DNA of 64,000 nucleotides from Bacillota bacterium (GTDB lineage Bacteria > Bacillota > Sulfobacillia > JAJYWN01 > JAJZPE01), in the NCBI GenBank assembly GCA_021787335.1, contig JAJYMC010000049.1, positions 14,053 through 78,052 on the forward strand. The letters run 5' to 3'. The notes beneath the pieces are model-generated. The model ran no database searches, had not been told where the DNA came from, and saw only the letters and a list, made by a program, of their open reading frames with translations. Positions within the stretch are counted from its first letter, which is position 1; each line of letters starts with the position of its first letter. Positions 10,176 through 19,958 of the stretch are shown here, in pieces. Made by a program: the position numbers and the translations under genes.

Positions 10176-11273
10176 GTGAGTCGGAGAATGATCATTCGCA
10201 GTCAAGGCCGGCGTGGGGCGACCCGCGCCGTGTTCATCACGGCGGCCCTCCTGACCGCCGTCCTGGCGATATCCATGCCGCTTGCCGGCGCTTCGGTGGC
10301 TATCGCCTCGGGCACCGTCACGTGGGTCGACGCCGCGCGGGCCTCAGGCCCGGTCTGGGAGCCGGTCAAAGTGCAGGGAGTGAACGGGGTGGTGACCGAG
10401 TTCCTCTGGAACTCACGTCAGCAGGTTGCCGCCGCCGGTTACGTCGAACCGGGCGCGGGCCAGGGATCGCTGGCCGTGGTCCGCAACGGGACGGCCTTCG
10501 TCCTCGCCAAGGCCAGGGTGGACGGCATCATCGGCTGGTCGGTCGATGAGACCCTTCTGGCCTATATCATCTCCTCCAAGGAAGGCCGGCCGTTGCTCTG
10601 CCTCTATAACCCGGTGTCCAGGACCCTCGATTTCAACGATCTCCCGCAGAAGGTCACCGGCAAGGCTCGCGGCGGCGCCTGGGACGCGTCGGGACGCCTG
10701 CTCATCTACACCGATGACGCCCTCTTTGTCCGTCAGGGCACCGGCGAATGGGAGGAGCGGCCTTTCCCGGCGGGGTTCGCCATCCTCGCCGAGCCGCGCT
10801 TCACGAGCGCCTTCAGCGGTGGGACCGGGACCTTGCTGCTGGGCACGGCCAGCGGTCGCCTGGCCCTGTGGGACATCGAGAGCGACAAGGTCACGCGCGG
10901 CCCGCAGGTCGCCGGGGTGAGGACCGGCGGTGTCAACTCGCGAGGGAACCGGGTCTGGACCATCCGCCGCGGCCACCCATGGCGGCTCGACCTCTATGAC
11001 CTCGACTGGCGGTCACTCGGCCACCGCGACGGGCTGATCATCCCCGAGGCGGTCGCGTCGGTCCACGGTTGGCGGCTTTACTTCCTGGCTCGGACGCGCC
11101 GGCAGACCACCCTATGGGCCTGGAACCTGGCCGACCGGCGGCAATCAGCCGTCGGTCCGACACCGAGCGTGACCGGGCCCATCGGTCTGCGGATCTCCGA
11201 TGACGGCAGCCGTCTCTTCATCCTGACCGGGGCAAACCACGCCATCCTGGAAACCCCGGTACCACCCGAATAG
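10176..11273 (+). CDS. Hypothetical exported protein, probable beta-propeller
   Basis: Basic N-terminus plus hydrophobic signal; repeated W/WD-ending beta-strand units. Confidence 0.6.
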   Translation: MSRRMIIRSQGRRGATRAVFITAALLTAVLAISMPLAGASVAIASGTVTWVDAARASGPVWEPVKVQGVNGVVTEFLWNSRQQVAAAGYVEPGAGQGSLAVVRNGTAFVLAKARVDGIIGWSVDETLLAYIISSKEGRPLLCLYNPVSRTLDFNDLPQKVTGKARGGAWDASGRLLIYTDDALFVRQGTGEWEERPFPAGFAILAEPRFTSAFSGGTGTLLLGTASGRLALWDIESDKVTRGPQVAGVRTGGVNSRGNRVWTIRRGHPWRLDLYDLDWRSLGHRDGLIIPEAVASVHGWRLYFLARTRRQTTLWAWNLADRRQSAVGPTPSVTGPIGLRISDDGSRLFILTGANHAILETPVPPE

Positions 11274-11278
11274 AGGCC

Positions 11279-11881
11279 GTGGTCCTCCTGGCCTTGCCGG
11301 TCCTCGGGGCCGTCTTCGGCGCCCTGGCGGTCTTCGTCAGCATCAAGGCCCTCTTCTGGCCGGCTCAGCCCCGGCGCGTGCCGCTCTTCGGCTGGCGGCT
11401 GCAGGGGCTCATCCCGGGCCACCAGGAGGCGGTGGCCAAGGCCCTCGGACGGATGGTCGAGGAACGGGTGCTCTCCCGGCCGGACCTCTTCGCCCGCCTG
11501 GTCGACCCGGCCCTGCGGGCGGAGATCGTCGGTTCGCTGACCGTGGCCCTTGAATCGCGGGTGCGGGCGATCATCCCCGGGGTCGTCCCGGCGGTGGCCG
11601 CCGTGGCCGCGGCCGGTCTAGTCCGACGGGTGGCCGAACGCGAACTCGGCCATCTGGTCAACCGCTACCTGGAACAGCTGGCGGAACGGGTCGAGGGGGG
11701 ACTCGGCCTCGGTAAGCTGGTCGAGGAACGGGTGAGGGGGCTGACTCCCGAAGAGATGGAGGACCTCGTGACCGCCGTCGTCGGCCCACAACTCCGCCGG
11801 ATGCAGGTGCTGGGGGCCCTTTTCGGACTTGTCGTCGGCCTCGGCCAGGCCGCCGTCCTCTGGCCGTTCATGCGCCGCTGA
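11279..11881 (+). CDS. DUF445 family membrane protein
   Basis: SIKALFWP, LQGLIP..Q..VA..LG..V, and C-terminal LGALFG.VVGL.Q pattern. Confidence 0.75.
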   Translation: MVLLALPVLGAVFGALAVFVSIKALFWPAQPRRVPLFGWRLQGLIPGHQEAVAKALGRMVEERVLSRPDLFARLVDPALRAEIVGSLTVALESRVRAIIPGVVPAVAAVAAAGLVRRVAERELGHLVNRYLEQLAERVEGGLGLGKLVEERVRGLTPEEMEDLVTAVVGPQLRRMQVLGALFGLVVGLGQAAVLWPFMRR

Positions 11882-11885
11882 GGAC

Positions 11886-11927
11886 CGCCGGCCGCTGAGC
11901 CCGTCGGCCGCTGAGCCCGCCGGCCGC
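11886..11927 (+). repeat. 16-bp tandem repeat (CGYCGGCCGCTGAGCC) about 2.6 copies abutting thrS -35 box
   Basis: cgccggccgctgagcc cgtcggccgctgagcc cgccggccgc then TTGACA. Confidence 0.85.
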
Positions 11928-11957
11928 TTGACAAACCGCATGGCCAAGGGATAAAAT
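11928..11957 (+). promoter_or_regulatory. SigA promoter of thrS
   Basis: TTGACA-18 nt-TAAAAT. Confidence 0.8.
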
Positions 11958-11977
11958 CCATCTATAAAGTTTTTCCA

Positions 11978-12260
11978 AGGCTGTGATGGGGAGAGTAGGG
12001 AAGTAAGACCTCTCAGAGAAACGGGCCTGGCCTCGTGCCAGGGTGCGAGCCCGTTGAGGTCCGGCGGCCCGAACACCGCCCCGGAGTCCCTGGCGAAAGG
12101 CCGCTTGGCCGATTAAGCCGGGCGCGAGGCCGCGATACAGGCCTTCTCGAGTGGGCGGTCGCTCGGCCGGGGCTCAGCCGGTCGTGGCCGCCAACCAGGG
12201 TGGAACCGCGAGGAAACCGACCCCTCGTCCCTGTTGCCGGGACGAGGGGTTTTTGTTTTT
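11978..12260 (+). ncRNA. T-box riboswitch (Thr)
   Basis: AGTA and GAA loop-E elements, AGAGA/GGTG boxes, specifier ACC (12075-77), T-box GGGTGGAACCGCG, terminator with T-tract. Confidence 0.95.
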
Positions 12261-12300
12261 CCTTCGCCCCGGGACTGCGCCGGATCAAGGAGGGATACCC

Positions 12301-14232
12301 GTGGAACAGATCCAGATCACGTTTCCCGACGGATCCAAGCGAGAGTACCCGAAGGGGGTCAAGCCGGGCGAGATCGCCGCTTCGCTGAGCCAGAAGCTGG
12401 CCAAGAACGCCCTGGCGGCCAAGGTCGGCGACAAGCTGGTCGACCTCAACCGCCCCATCAACGGTGACGCCGCGCTGCAACTGGTCACCTTCGAGTCACC
12501 GGAGGGCCAGGCGGTGTACCGGCACACGGCCGCCCACGTCCTGGCCCAGGCGGTCAAGCGCCTCTTCCCGGAGGCCCGGCTGACCATCGGCCCGGCCATC
12601 GAGGACGGCTTCTACTACGACTTCGACGTCGAGAAGCCGTTCACGCCGGAGGACCTCGACAAGATCGAGGCCGAGATGAGGAAGATCATCCAGGAGAACC
12701 TGCCCCTCGAACGCTCGGAGGTCAGCCGGAAGGAGGCCGTCGCCCTCTTCAAGAAGGCCGGCGAGCCCTACAAGGTCGAACTGGCCGAGGAGTTGCCGGA
12801 GGGGGAGATCATCACCCTTTACCGGCAGGACGGATTCGTCGACCTGTGCGCCGGGCCGCACCTGTCCTCGACGGGCCGCGTCAAGGCGGTCAAGCTGCTC
12901 AGCGCGGCCGGGGCTTACTGGCGCGGCGACGAGCATAACCGGATGCTGCAGCGCATCTACGGGACGGCCTTCGAGGCCCAGAAGGACCTCGACGAGTACC
13001 TCCACAAGCTGGAGGAGGCCAAGCGGCGCGACCACCGGCGCCTCGGCAAGGAGCTCGACATCTTCTCCATCCACGAGGAAGCCGGCCCGGGGCTGGTCTT
13101 CTGGCACCCCAAGGGCGGCCTCATCCGCGAACTGGTCGAGAACTTCTGGCGAGAGGAGCACCGCAAGCGCGGCTACGACATCGTCTACTCGCCGCACATC
13201 GCCAAGGTCGATCTCTGGAAGACGAGCGGCCACTGGGGTTGGTACCGTGAGAACATGTACTCGCCGATGCCCATCGACGAGGTCGAGTACCTCCTCAAGC
13301 CGATGAACTGCCCGTTCCACATCCTCATGTTCAGGTCACAGACCCGCAGTTACCGTGACCTGCCCCTGCGCTGGGGCGAGCTGGGGACGGTCTACCGCTA
13401 CGAGCGTTCCGGCGTCCTCCATGGCCTGCTCCGGGTGCGCGGCTTCACTCAGGACGATGCCCACATCTTCTGCCGCCCAGACCAGCTCCAGCAGGAGATC
13501 ATGGGGGTCATCGACCTGGCCCGGTTCATGATGAAGTCCTTCGGCTACAAGGAGTATGACGTCAAGTTGTCGGTCCGCGACCCGAAGAACAAGGAGAAAT
13601 ACGCCGGGTCTGAAGAAGTATGGCAGGCGGCCGAGGGTGCCCTCGTCGGGGCCCTGACGTCGCTGGGCATCCCCTACGAGGTCGATGAGGGTGAGGCCAA
13701 GTTCTATGGCCCGGCCATCGACATCAAGGTCAAGGACGCCCTGGGCCGGGGTTGGCAGGGGCCGACCATCCAGTGCGACTTCAACCTGCCGGAGCGCTTC
13801 GACATCAATTACGTCGGCGAGGACGGGGCCCCGCACCGGCCGGTGATGATCCACCGGACCGTGCTCGGCTCGATGGAGCGCTTCGTCGGCGGGCTCATCG
13901 AACACTACGCCGGGGCCTTCCCGATGTGGCTGGCGCCGGTCCAGGCGCGGCTGATGCCGATCACCGACCGGCACCATGAATACGCCCTCCGGGTGACCGA
14001 GGAACTGCGGGCGTCCGGCCTACGGGCCGAGGTCGACACGCGGAACGAGAAGGTCAACTACAAGATCCGTCAGGCCCAGGTGGAAAAGGTCCCGTACATG
14101 CTGGTCGTCGGGGACAAGGAAGTGGAGGCCGGCACGGTCTCCGTTCGCCATCGCGAGGCCGGCGACCTCGGCCCGATCAAGGTCGAGGACTTCAAGCAAA
14201 AAGCCAAGAAGGAAATCGAAGAGAAGGTGTGA
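12301..14232 (+). CDS. thrS: Threonine--tRNA ligase
   Basis: RBS AAGGAGG, GTG start; HTAAH, DLCAGPH, RDHRRLG, KPMNCPFH, RVRGFTQDDAH. Confidence 0.98.
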   Translation: MEQIQITFPDGSKREYPKGVKPGEIAASLSQKLAKNALAAKVGDKLVDLNRPINGDAALQLVTFESPEGQAVYRHTAAHVLAQAVKRLFPEARLTIGPAIEDGFYYDFDVEKPFTPEDLDKIEAEMRKIIQENLPLERSEVSRKEAVALFKKAGEPYKVELAEELPEGEIITLYRQDGFVDLCAGPHLSSTGRVKAVKLLSAAGAYWRGDEHNRMLQRIYGTAFEAQKDLDEYLHKLEEAKRRDHRRLGKELDIFSIHEEAGPGLVFWHPKGGLIRELVENFWREEHRKRGYDIVYSPHIAKVDLWKTSGHWGWYRENMYSPMPIDEVEYLLKPMNCPFHILMFRSQTRSYRDLPLRWGELGTVYRYERSGVLHGLLRVRGFTQDDAHIFCRPDQLQQEIMGVIDLARFMMKSFGYKEYDVKLSVRDPKNKEKYAGSEEVWQAAEGALVGALTSLGIPYEVDEGEAKFYGPAIDIKVKDALGRGWQGPTIQCDFNLPERFDINYVGEDGAPHRPVMIHRTVLGSMERFVGGLIEHYAGAFPMWLAPVQARLMPITDRHHEYALRVTEELRASGLRAEVDTRNEKVNYKIRQAQVEKVPYMLVVGDKEVEAGTVSVRHREAGDLGPIKVEDFKQKAKKEIEEKV

Positions 14233-14233
14233 C

Positions 14234-14749
14234 ATGAGCAACATGAACCGCGAGCAGCGGCGGCACGACGCGCGGTCCAGGCGCGAGATGCTGGCCCGCG
14301 ATCGGCGCCGCCGCGGCCGCGGGCGTGGGGTGAGGCGCCCGGCCGGAACCGGGGGCGCCAAGGCCCCAGGCGTCCGGCCCGCCGGTCCGCCGCCCCTGCG
14401 GGGCGCGGCGGTCATGGCCGGCACCATGTTCGTCTGGACCCTGGTGATGACCGTTGTCAACCTGGCCGGGCTGGGCGAGTCGACCATCCTCATCCTGCCC
14501 ATCATGGTCGTGCTCTCGTTCGGCACCACCTACGTCGCGCAGAACTGGGCCAAACGATCCGTGCTCGGGCTCATCGGATTCGTCCTTTACGCCCTGGCCG
14601 AACTGACCCGGACCGGTTCGCTGCGGCTCGAGGGGCCGCAGGTGAACTGGTGGATTTACTTCTTCCTGCCGGTCGTTCTGTTCTATCTGGCGGCCATCGG
14701 TTGGGTCGGTCGCAAACTTCCAACGAAGGGCCAGCCAGGGGGTAGTTGA
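14234..14749 (+). CDS. Hypothetical membrane protein with Arg-rich N-terminus
   Basis: Starts 1 nt after thrS stop; four hydrophobic segments. Confidence 0.65.
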   Translation: MSNMNREQRRHDARSRREMLARDRRRRGRGRGVRRPAGTGGAKAPGVRPAGPPPLRGAAVMAGTMFVWTLVMTVVNLAGLGESTILILPIMVVLSFGTTYVAQNWAKRSVLGLIGFVLYALAELTRTGSLRLEGPQVNWWIYFFLPVVLFYLAAIGWVGRKLPTKGQPGGS

Positions 14750-14874
14750 AGTTTTCTATTTTTTGGATTATAATTGACGTGCATCTAGGGGAAGGTTGAT
14801 TCGGCCGGTTGCCCGGGGACCGTTCCGTTGAGACTCCCAGTGCACATCCGTACCAGAGGGAGTGTGTTCCAAGA

Positions 14875-15171
14875 GTGCCGAAGACCCTGTATGTTGGCAA
14901 CCTGCCGTGGTCCGCTACTGAGGATGACCTGTCCCGCGTGTTCTCGCAGCATGCCCAGGTCGTCTCCGCCCGTGTCGTGACTGACCGTGAAACCGGTCGT
15001 TCGCGCGGGTTCGGGTTCGTCGAGGTTGAGGATGATGGCGCCCAGACGGCTATCGACGCCCTGAACGGTTTCATGTTCGGGGGCCGGCCCCTGACCGTCA
15101 ACGAAGCCAAGCCTCGCGAGACCAGCGGTGGCGGCGGCGGCGGCGGGCGTGGCGGCTACGGCCGTCGGTAA
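14875..15171 (+). CDS. RNA-binding protein (RRM/RNP-1) with Gly-rich tail
   Basis: LYVGNL (RNP2), RGFGFVE (RNP1), GGRGGYG tail. Confidence 0.92.
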   Translation: MPKTLYVGNLPWSATEDDLSRVFSQHAQVVSARVVTDRETGRSRGFGFVEVEDDGAQTAIDALNGFMFGGRPLTVNEAKPRETSGGGGGGGRGGYGRR

Positions 15172-15201
15172 CCGTCTCGTTAAAAGAGACAGGTGACCAA
15201 G

Positions 15202-15234
15202 AATGAAAGCCCCCTAAAGGGCTTTCATTTTCTT
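15202..15234 (+). terminator. Intrinsic terminator
   Basis: AATGAAAGCCC-loop-GGGCTTTCATT then TTCTT. Confidence 0.75.
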
Positions 15235-15308
15235 GCCGGTCCGAATCGGGCCGGTCTTGTTCCCGCTCGTCATGCGGCCGGCGCCCGCGGCCGAACCGCA
15301 TGAAAGGC

Positions 15309-15337
15309 TTGTCGGCGACGCGGTTCCATGCTATACT
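15309..15337 (+). promoter_or_regulatory. SigA promoter of infC operon
   Basis: TTGTCG-17 nt-TATACT with extended TG. Confidence 0.75.
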
Positions 15338-15370
15338 TTAGCTGTTTCAACCGAATAGCCGTTCGTCCAT

Positions 15371-15522
15371 AAAGCAGAAGCACCCGCTTCTCACCCCCTT
15401 GCACCGGGCCCCGGCCGGTTGTTCAGAGGGTTCGCGGACCAAGTCTGGTCAATGCGTCTGTAACCGCCCTTAAACAGTGCGGGAAGAAGCGGGTTCTTGT
15501 AAGAGAACCCGCTTTTCTTTTT
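15371..15522 (+). ncRNA. Ribosomal protein L20 leader
   Basis: AAGCAGAAGCACCCGCTTCTCACC 5' motif and GAAGCGGGT...ACCCGCTTTT terminator upstream of infC-rpmI-rplT. Confidence 0.9.
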
Positions 15523-15554
15523 GGCGAGCGCATCAAACCTGGAGGTGAAGGGTC

Positions 15555-16082
15555 ATCGCCAAAGACTTAAGGATCAACGACGAAATCCGGGCTCGTGAGG
15601 TGCTGGTCATCAACGCCAACGGCGATAAGCTGGGCGTGATGCCGCTTCGGGAGGCCATTCGCACGGCCTTCGATCAGAACCTGGATCTAGTCGAGGTGGC
15701 CCCGAGCGCCAAGCCGCCCGTCTGCCGAGTCCTCGACTACGGCAGGTTCAAGTACGAGATGGCCAAGCGCGAGCGGGAGACCAAGAAGAAACAAAAGGTC
15801 CTCGAGATGAAGGAAGTCCGGATGCGGCCGAACATCGAGGAGCATGACTTCCTGGTCAGGCTCCGGAGCGCCCAGAAGTTCCTCCGCGAGGGGGACAAGG
15901 TCAAGGCGACCATCATGTTCCGCGGCCGCGAAATCGTCCATGCCGATATCGGGCAGGCCCTCCTACGGCGGATGGTCGAGGACTGCGCCGATCTGTGCAT
16001 CGTCGAGCGGGACCCCCATCTCGAGGGACGCCACCTCATCATGATCCTCGCCCCGAAGCAGGCTCAGCAGCAGGCGGAGTAG
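15555..16082 (+). CDS. infC: Translation initiation factor IF-3 (ATC start)
   Basis: GGAGG RBS then in-frame ATC; LRINDEIRAREV, LDLVEVAP, FRGRE. Confidence 0.95.
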   Translation: MAKDLRINDEIRAREVLVINANGDKLGVMPLREAIRTAFDQNLDLVEVAPSAKPPVCRVLDYGRFKYEMAKRERETKKKQKVLEMKEVRMRPNIEEHDFLVRLRSAQKFLREGDKVKATIMFRGREIVHADIGQALLRRMVEDCADLCIVERDPHLEGRHLIMILAPKQAQQQAE

Positions 16083-16200
16083 CCGGGGCGGGCTTTGGAG
16101 ACGTGCCCTTTCGGCGGACCTTGGGCCCGGTGGTTAGCCGTGCGCCCGGGACGTCGCCATGATTTGTCCAAGCGTCGGTCAGAAGACAGGAGGTCGGGAT

Positions 16201-16398
16201 ATGCCCAAGATGAAGAGGCACAAGGGCGCCGTCAAGCGGATGAAGGTCACCGCGTCCGGGAAGGTCAAGCGGACCAGGGCTTACAAGGCTCACAAGCTCG
16301 AGGTCAAGAGCGCCAAGCGGCGTCGCTCCCTGCGTCAGGACGGCATGGTCAGTTCGGCCGACCGCAAGCGGGTCAGCAAGCTTCTGCCTTACCGTTGA
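16201..16398 (+). CDS. rpmI: 50S ribosomal protein L35
   Basis: MPKMK.HKGAVKR.KVT.SGK; AGGAGG RBS. Confidence 0.97.
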   Translation: MPKMKRHKGAVKRMKVTASGKVKRTRAYKAHKLEVKSAKRRRSLRQDGMVSSADRKRVSKLLPYR

Positions 16399-16460
16399 TC
16401 GGCCCCGAGGTTCACTGAGGGGTCCTTAGCGGCCCCAAGGTTCCAGGAGGTGTCTAGTCC

Positions 16461-16820
16461 ATGGCAAGAATTAAGAGAGGCGTAGCCGCCAGGAGGCGCC
16501 ACAAGAAGATCCTTCGCCTCGCCCGCGGCTTCCGGGGGACCAAGTCCAAGCTCTACCGGGTGGCCAATGAGGCCGTCATGCACGCGCTGTCCTACGCGCG
16601 GGCGCACCGCCGGAAGAAGAAGGGCGACTTCCGCAAGCTCTGGATCGCCCGCATCAACGCCGCGGCGCGGAGCAACGGGATGTCCTACAGCCGGATGATC
16701 AACGGGCTCAAGAAGGCCGGGGTCGAGGTCAACCGCAAGATGTTGGCCGACCTGGCCGTCAACGACGGCCACGCCTTCGGTCAGCTGGTCGAACGGGCGA
16801 AGCAAGCCCTGGGGGCTTGA
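16461..16820 (+). CDS. rplT: 50S ribosomal protein L20
   Basis: [28 protein letters not shown]. Confidence 0.98.
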   Translation: MARIKRGVAARRRHKKILRLARGFRGTKSKLYRVANEAVMHALSYARAHRRKKKGDFRKLWIARINAAARSNGMSYSRMINGLKKAGVEVNRKMLADLAVNDGHAFGQLVERAKQALGA

Positions 16821-16839
16821 GACCCATAGAAACGTAACG

Positions 16840-16872
16840 GAAAGTTGTGCCCCCGGCACAACTTTCTTTGTT
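16840..16872 (+). terminator. Intrinsic terminator after rplT
   Basis: GAAAGTTGTGCC-CCC-GGCACAACTTTC then TTTGTT. Confidence 0.8.
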
Positions 16873-16932
16873 GAAGGAGGCTCCCGCGGGGGAGGCTCCG
16901 ACGCAGCAGGCTCCGACGAAGGAGGCCGGGTC

Positions 16933-17763
16933 ATGCGTTCCCTGGCGAGCCGACAGAACCCCTTCATAAAGGGACTCATGAAGCTGAAGGGCGTCCACGG
17001 CCGGGAGAAGGACGGCCGTTTCCTCGTGGAAGGCGTCCGCCTGGTCGAGGAGGCCCTCAGAGCGCGGGTGCCGCTGGAGGCGGCGGTGGTGGCCGAGGGG
17101 GCCGCGGGCGAACGCGGTGGGCGGTTGGCCGCCCTCCTCGTCGACCTGGAACAGGCGGGCGTAAACGTGATCGAGGTGCCGACGGCGGTCTTCCGCGAGT
17201 TGGCCGAGACGGAGACGCCGCAGGGCGTCATCGCCGTTGCCCGGGAGGGCGCGGCCGGGCGTTCAACCCCGGCCGACCTGGCCGCCAGGCCTGGAGCGGG
17301 GGGGCCGCCGCTGGTCGTCGTGCTCGACGGCGTCCAGGACCCCGGCAACGTCGGGACCATCCTGCGCTCGGCCGCGGCCTTCGGAGCCGGCGGGGTCGTG
17401 GTCGGCCAGGGAACGGCGGCCCTGAACCAGCCGAAGGTGCTCCGGGCGAGCATGGGGGCCGCCTTCAGGATGCCAACCGCCGGGGGCCGTGAGGCCGTCG
17501 CCGTCGCCGACGCGTTCAGGCAGGCCGGGCTGACCACGGTCGCGGCCATCGCCGAGGGCGGCGAGAGGCTGACAACCATCAACCTGCGCCGCCCGGTGGC
17601 CATCATCGTCGGAAACGAGGGGGGCGGGGTCTCCCAGGAGTGGCTATCCCTTGTTGACCGGAAGGCGACCATTTCCATGCCCGGGCCGACCGAGTCGCTC
17701 AATGCTGCCGTAGCTGCATCAATCTTGCTCTACGAGGTGGTCCGCCAGCGCAATTTGACATAA
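16933..17763 (+). CDS. TrmH/SpoU family RNA methyltransferase
   Basis: DGVQDPGNVGTILR, GNEGGG, ESLNAAVAA. Confidence 0.92.
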   Translation: MRSLASRQNPFIKGLMKLKGVHGREKDGRFLVEGVRLVEEALRARVPLEAAVVAEGAAGERGGRLAALLVDLEQAGVNVIEVPTAVFRELAETETPQGVIAVAREGAAGRSTPADLAARPGAGGPPLVVVLDGVQDPGNVGTILRSAAAFGAGGVVVGQGTAALNQPKVLRASMGAAFRMPTAGGREAVAVADAFRQAGLTTVAAIAEGGERLTTINLRRPVAIIVGNEGGGVSQEWLSLVDRKATISMPGPTESLNAAVAASILLYEVVRQRNLT

Positions 17764-17841
17764 CCAAACTTGCCAGCCCGAAGAGCGGCATGATATAATC
17801 ATTCTCGTCGGAACCAAAAAGCGCGGAAGGGTAGTGAGGCA

Positions 17842-17934
17842 ATGGTCTTGATGGCCCAGTTATTCTGGAAAATCTTTGAGACCACCGGATCTATCACCGC
17901 CTACCTGCTCTACAAACGGTTCTCAATCCAATAG
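17842..17934 (+). CDS. YqzL family small protein (30 aa, MVLMAQLFWKIFETTGSITAYLLYKRFSIQ); below ORF-track cutoff
   Basis: W..F..TG.I..YLLYK signature; promoter TTGCCA-18-TATAAT at 17770-17799. Confidence 0.85.
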   Translation: MVLMAQLFWKIFETTGSITAYLLYKRFSIQ

Positions 17935-17950
17935 ATCGCTAAGCGCGGGG

Positions 17951-17991
17951 AGAAGGCGAACCACAGACCTGAGTCTGTGGTTCGCCTTCTT
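17951..17991. terminator. Perfect 18-bp hairpin between convergent genes
   Basis: AGAAGGCGAACCACAGAC-CTGA-GTCTGTGGTTCGCCTTCT. Confidence 0.75.
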
Positions 17992-18029
17992 ACTGGAGTG
18001 ACAAGGTCAAGGCCGTCCCGTCCGACGGA

Positions 18030-18856
18030 TCAAGCCGGCAATCGGCCCATTCGCCATCGACCTGCCAGAGCAGTCCGCGCTGCCTCTGCGCCAGCAGCGA
18101 TGGCACGTTCCACATACTCCCGGCCCATGGGCGAGGGATCATCCAGGGCTGGGCGGATCACCAGGTCGGCGTCAGCCGCGAGGGCAGTGTCGCTCATCTC
18201 GTTGACCATGAGACCCGTTACCTCCTCCAGAACCGCCAGAGGGGTACGGGGCGGCGTTCCATGGCTCCGCGGTTTTCTGACATCAACCGCTATCACGAAG
18301 TCGGCGCCCATCTTTCGGACGATGTGCGCCGGCACGTTATCAAGAACGCCCCCGTCCACAAGGATGTGGCCCCCAACCTCCTCCGGTTCAAACACACCAG
18401 GGACCGCGCTACTGGCCCTGACCGATGTGGCAACCCCGACCCCCGTCAGGAACTGGCACTTCCCGTCGCAATCCCGTACGCGCTCGGCGACGGCTCGGCT
18501 GGTGAGGATGACTTTCCGGCCAGTCGTAAGGTCCGTGGCCACGGCGGCATAGGGGATGCGAAGCTCATCCACCGTGGCGTTCTTCGTCCAGGCGCCCGCA
18601 TCGCTCGCAAGGCCCAGCGAAGGACGCCCCAGAATCCAAGCGCGCCCTCGTACAGGTCCACCGTCGATAAGTCGAGGGCCACACGTTCCATCGCCTCGGC
18701 CGTCCAGCCCGTTGCCCAAAGGGCACCGATCAGGCTGCCGATACTGGTTCCGGAGATTACTTCCACCGGAATGCGCTCCTGCTCAAAGACCTTCAATACG
18801 CCGATGTGCGCCAGACCTCTCCAACCGCCGCCCCCCAGGGCCAACCCGGTCGACAT
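18030..18856 (-). pseudogene. Patatin-like phospholipase, frameshifted near 18590-18620
   Basis: LALGGGG.RG.AH.G and GTSIG in one frame; VATDL..G, RASSAVP and DGG in another. Confidence 0.8.
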
Positions 18857-18874
18857 AGTCCTCCCCCCTTGGGC

Positions 18875-19474
18875 TTAAGCTCGTGGCTTCAGGATTCCCC
18901 CCAGGAAAACATCGGTGACGGCGCGGTGCGCCCGTGAAAACTGGGGCTTCGGTGAGTCCAGGACGACCTGCAGAGTGACGTGACTGATCAAGCCGAACAA
19001 GGCAGGGGCCGCCATTTCCACGTCGATGTCCGGTCTCAGGGCTCCGGCCGTCTGGCCGGCCTGGATGGCCTCTTCCAGGATGGAGAGATAAGACTTCCGG
19101 ATCTTCTGCAGGTCCTCATGCTGTCTGGCTTCCAGCCACCAGATTTCGGACATGAGCACCTTGTAGAAATCGGGGTGGTCGATGAACAGGCGGACTTGCG
19201 TGGCAATAATAGTATCAAGTCTTCTTATGGGATCTGACTCACCGACGGCTGCTTCCCGGATCGCCTCGTTTAGAAAATCCACGCCGCTCTTCATCAGCAT
19301 GAGGAAGAGGTCATCCTTGCCTTTGAAATGATAGTAGATTGTGCCCTTGGCGACTCCGGCGCGATCGACGATTTCATCAACGGAGGTATTCGCAAAACCC
19401 TTTTCCGCGAACAACTCCAAGGCTACCTGGAAGATTCTTGTCTTCTTGTCCTCACCGCTGAACAAGTCTCTCAC
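18875..19474 (-). CDS. TetR/AcrR family transcriptional regulator
   Basis: LFAEKGF..TSVDEI..RAGVAKGTIYYHF.GKDDL. Confidence 0.93.
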   Translation of the reverse strand: MRDLFSGEDKKTRIFQVALELFAEKGFANTSVDEIVDRAGVAKGTIYYHFKGKDDLFLMLMKSGVDFLNEAIREAAVGESDPIRRLDTIIATQVRLFIDHPDFYKVLMSEIWWLEARQHEDLQKIRKSYLSILEEAIQAGQTAGALRPDIDVEMAAPALFGLISHVTLQVVLDSPKPQFSRAHRAVTDVFLGGILKPRA

Positions 19475-19569
19475 CTCAATTGCATCTTAAGTTCCGCGGT
19501 AGGTAGATTAGACAAACCCGGCAGGGATTTCCTCCCTGCCGGGCCTCTGGACGCCGGGTCGCCGTGGAA

Positions 19570-19734
19570 TCAGGCCTTACGAGATGTCGTCCCGATGAAC
19601 GCAAGAATGCCGACCGCAAGCCCAACGATGATGTCGTTCCACAGGGCTCCGGCCGACGTTTTGCTGTACCCGATAAGGAACGGAGCGACGATTAACCAGA
19701 GACCCAGAAGCACGTTCAACCAGTTCGTCCACAT
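19570..19734 (-). CDS. SPW-repeat small membrane protein (54 aa); below ORF-track cutoff
   Basis: RBS AAAGGAG; MWTNWLNVLLGLWLIVAPFLIGY...ALWNDIIVG. Confidence 0.8.
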   Translation of the reverse strand: MWTNWLNVLLGLWLIVAPFLIGYSKTSAGALWNDIIVGLAVGILAFIGTTSRKA

Positions 19735-19801
19735 GATGACATGCTCCTTTCCAAACTTCTTCAGTTTCCTTCAATCCGGCGCCCCGAGGAAGAGCTGTTA
19801 G

Positions 19802-19852
19802 ACTGACCGGTCAGTTTAGTTAGAGGTTACCATATTCCCCTGTTCGTGTCAA
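19802..19852 (-). promoter_or_regulatory. SigA promoter (minus) with palindromic operator, probably for the TetR
   Basis: Minus-strand TTGACA (19852-47)-17-TAACCT; perfect palindrome ACTGACCGGTCAGT at 19802-19815. Confidence 0.7.
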
Positions 19853-19854
19853 GA

Positions 19855-19930
19855 GTGCCTACCCGCCCATGTGCCTACCCGCCCAGTGCCTACCCGCCCA
19901 GTGCCTACCCGCCCATGTGCCTACCCGCCC
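19855..19930 (+). repeat. 15/16-bp tandem repeat GTGCCTACCCGCCCA(T) x5
   Basis: Copies at 19855, 19871, 19886, 19901, 19917. Confidence 0.95.
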
Positions 19931-19958
19931 CAATCGGCGTTCCCGGTCTCTTCTTTGT

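Noticed and set aside
15555..15557. ATC start codon of infC as a novelty
   Set aside because: Non-canonical infC starts are the well-known IF-3 autoregulation mechanism.
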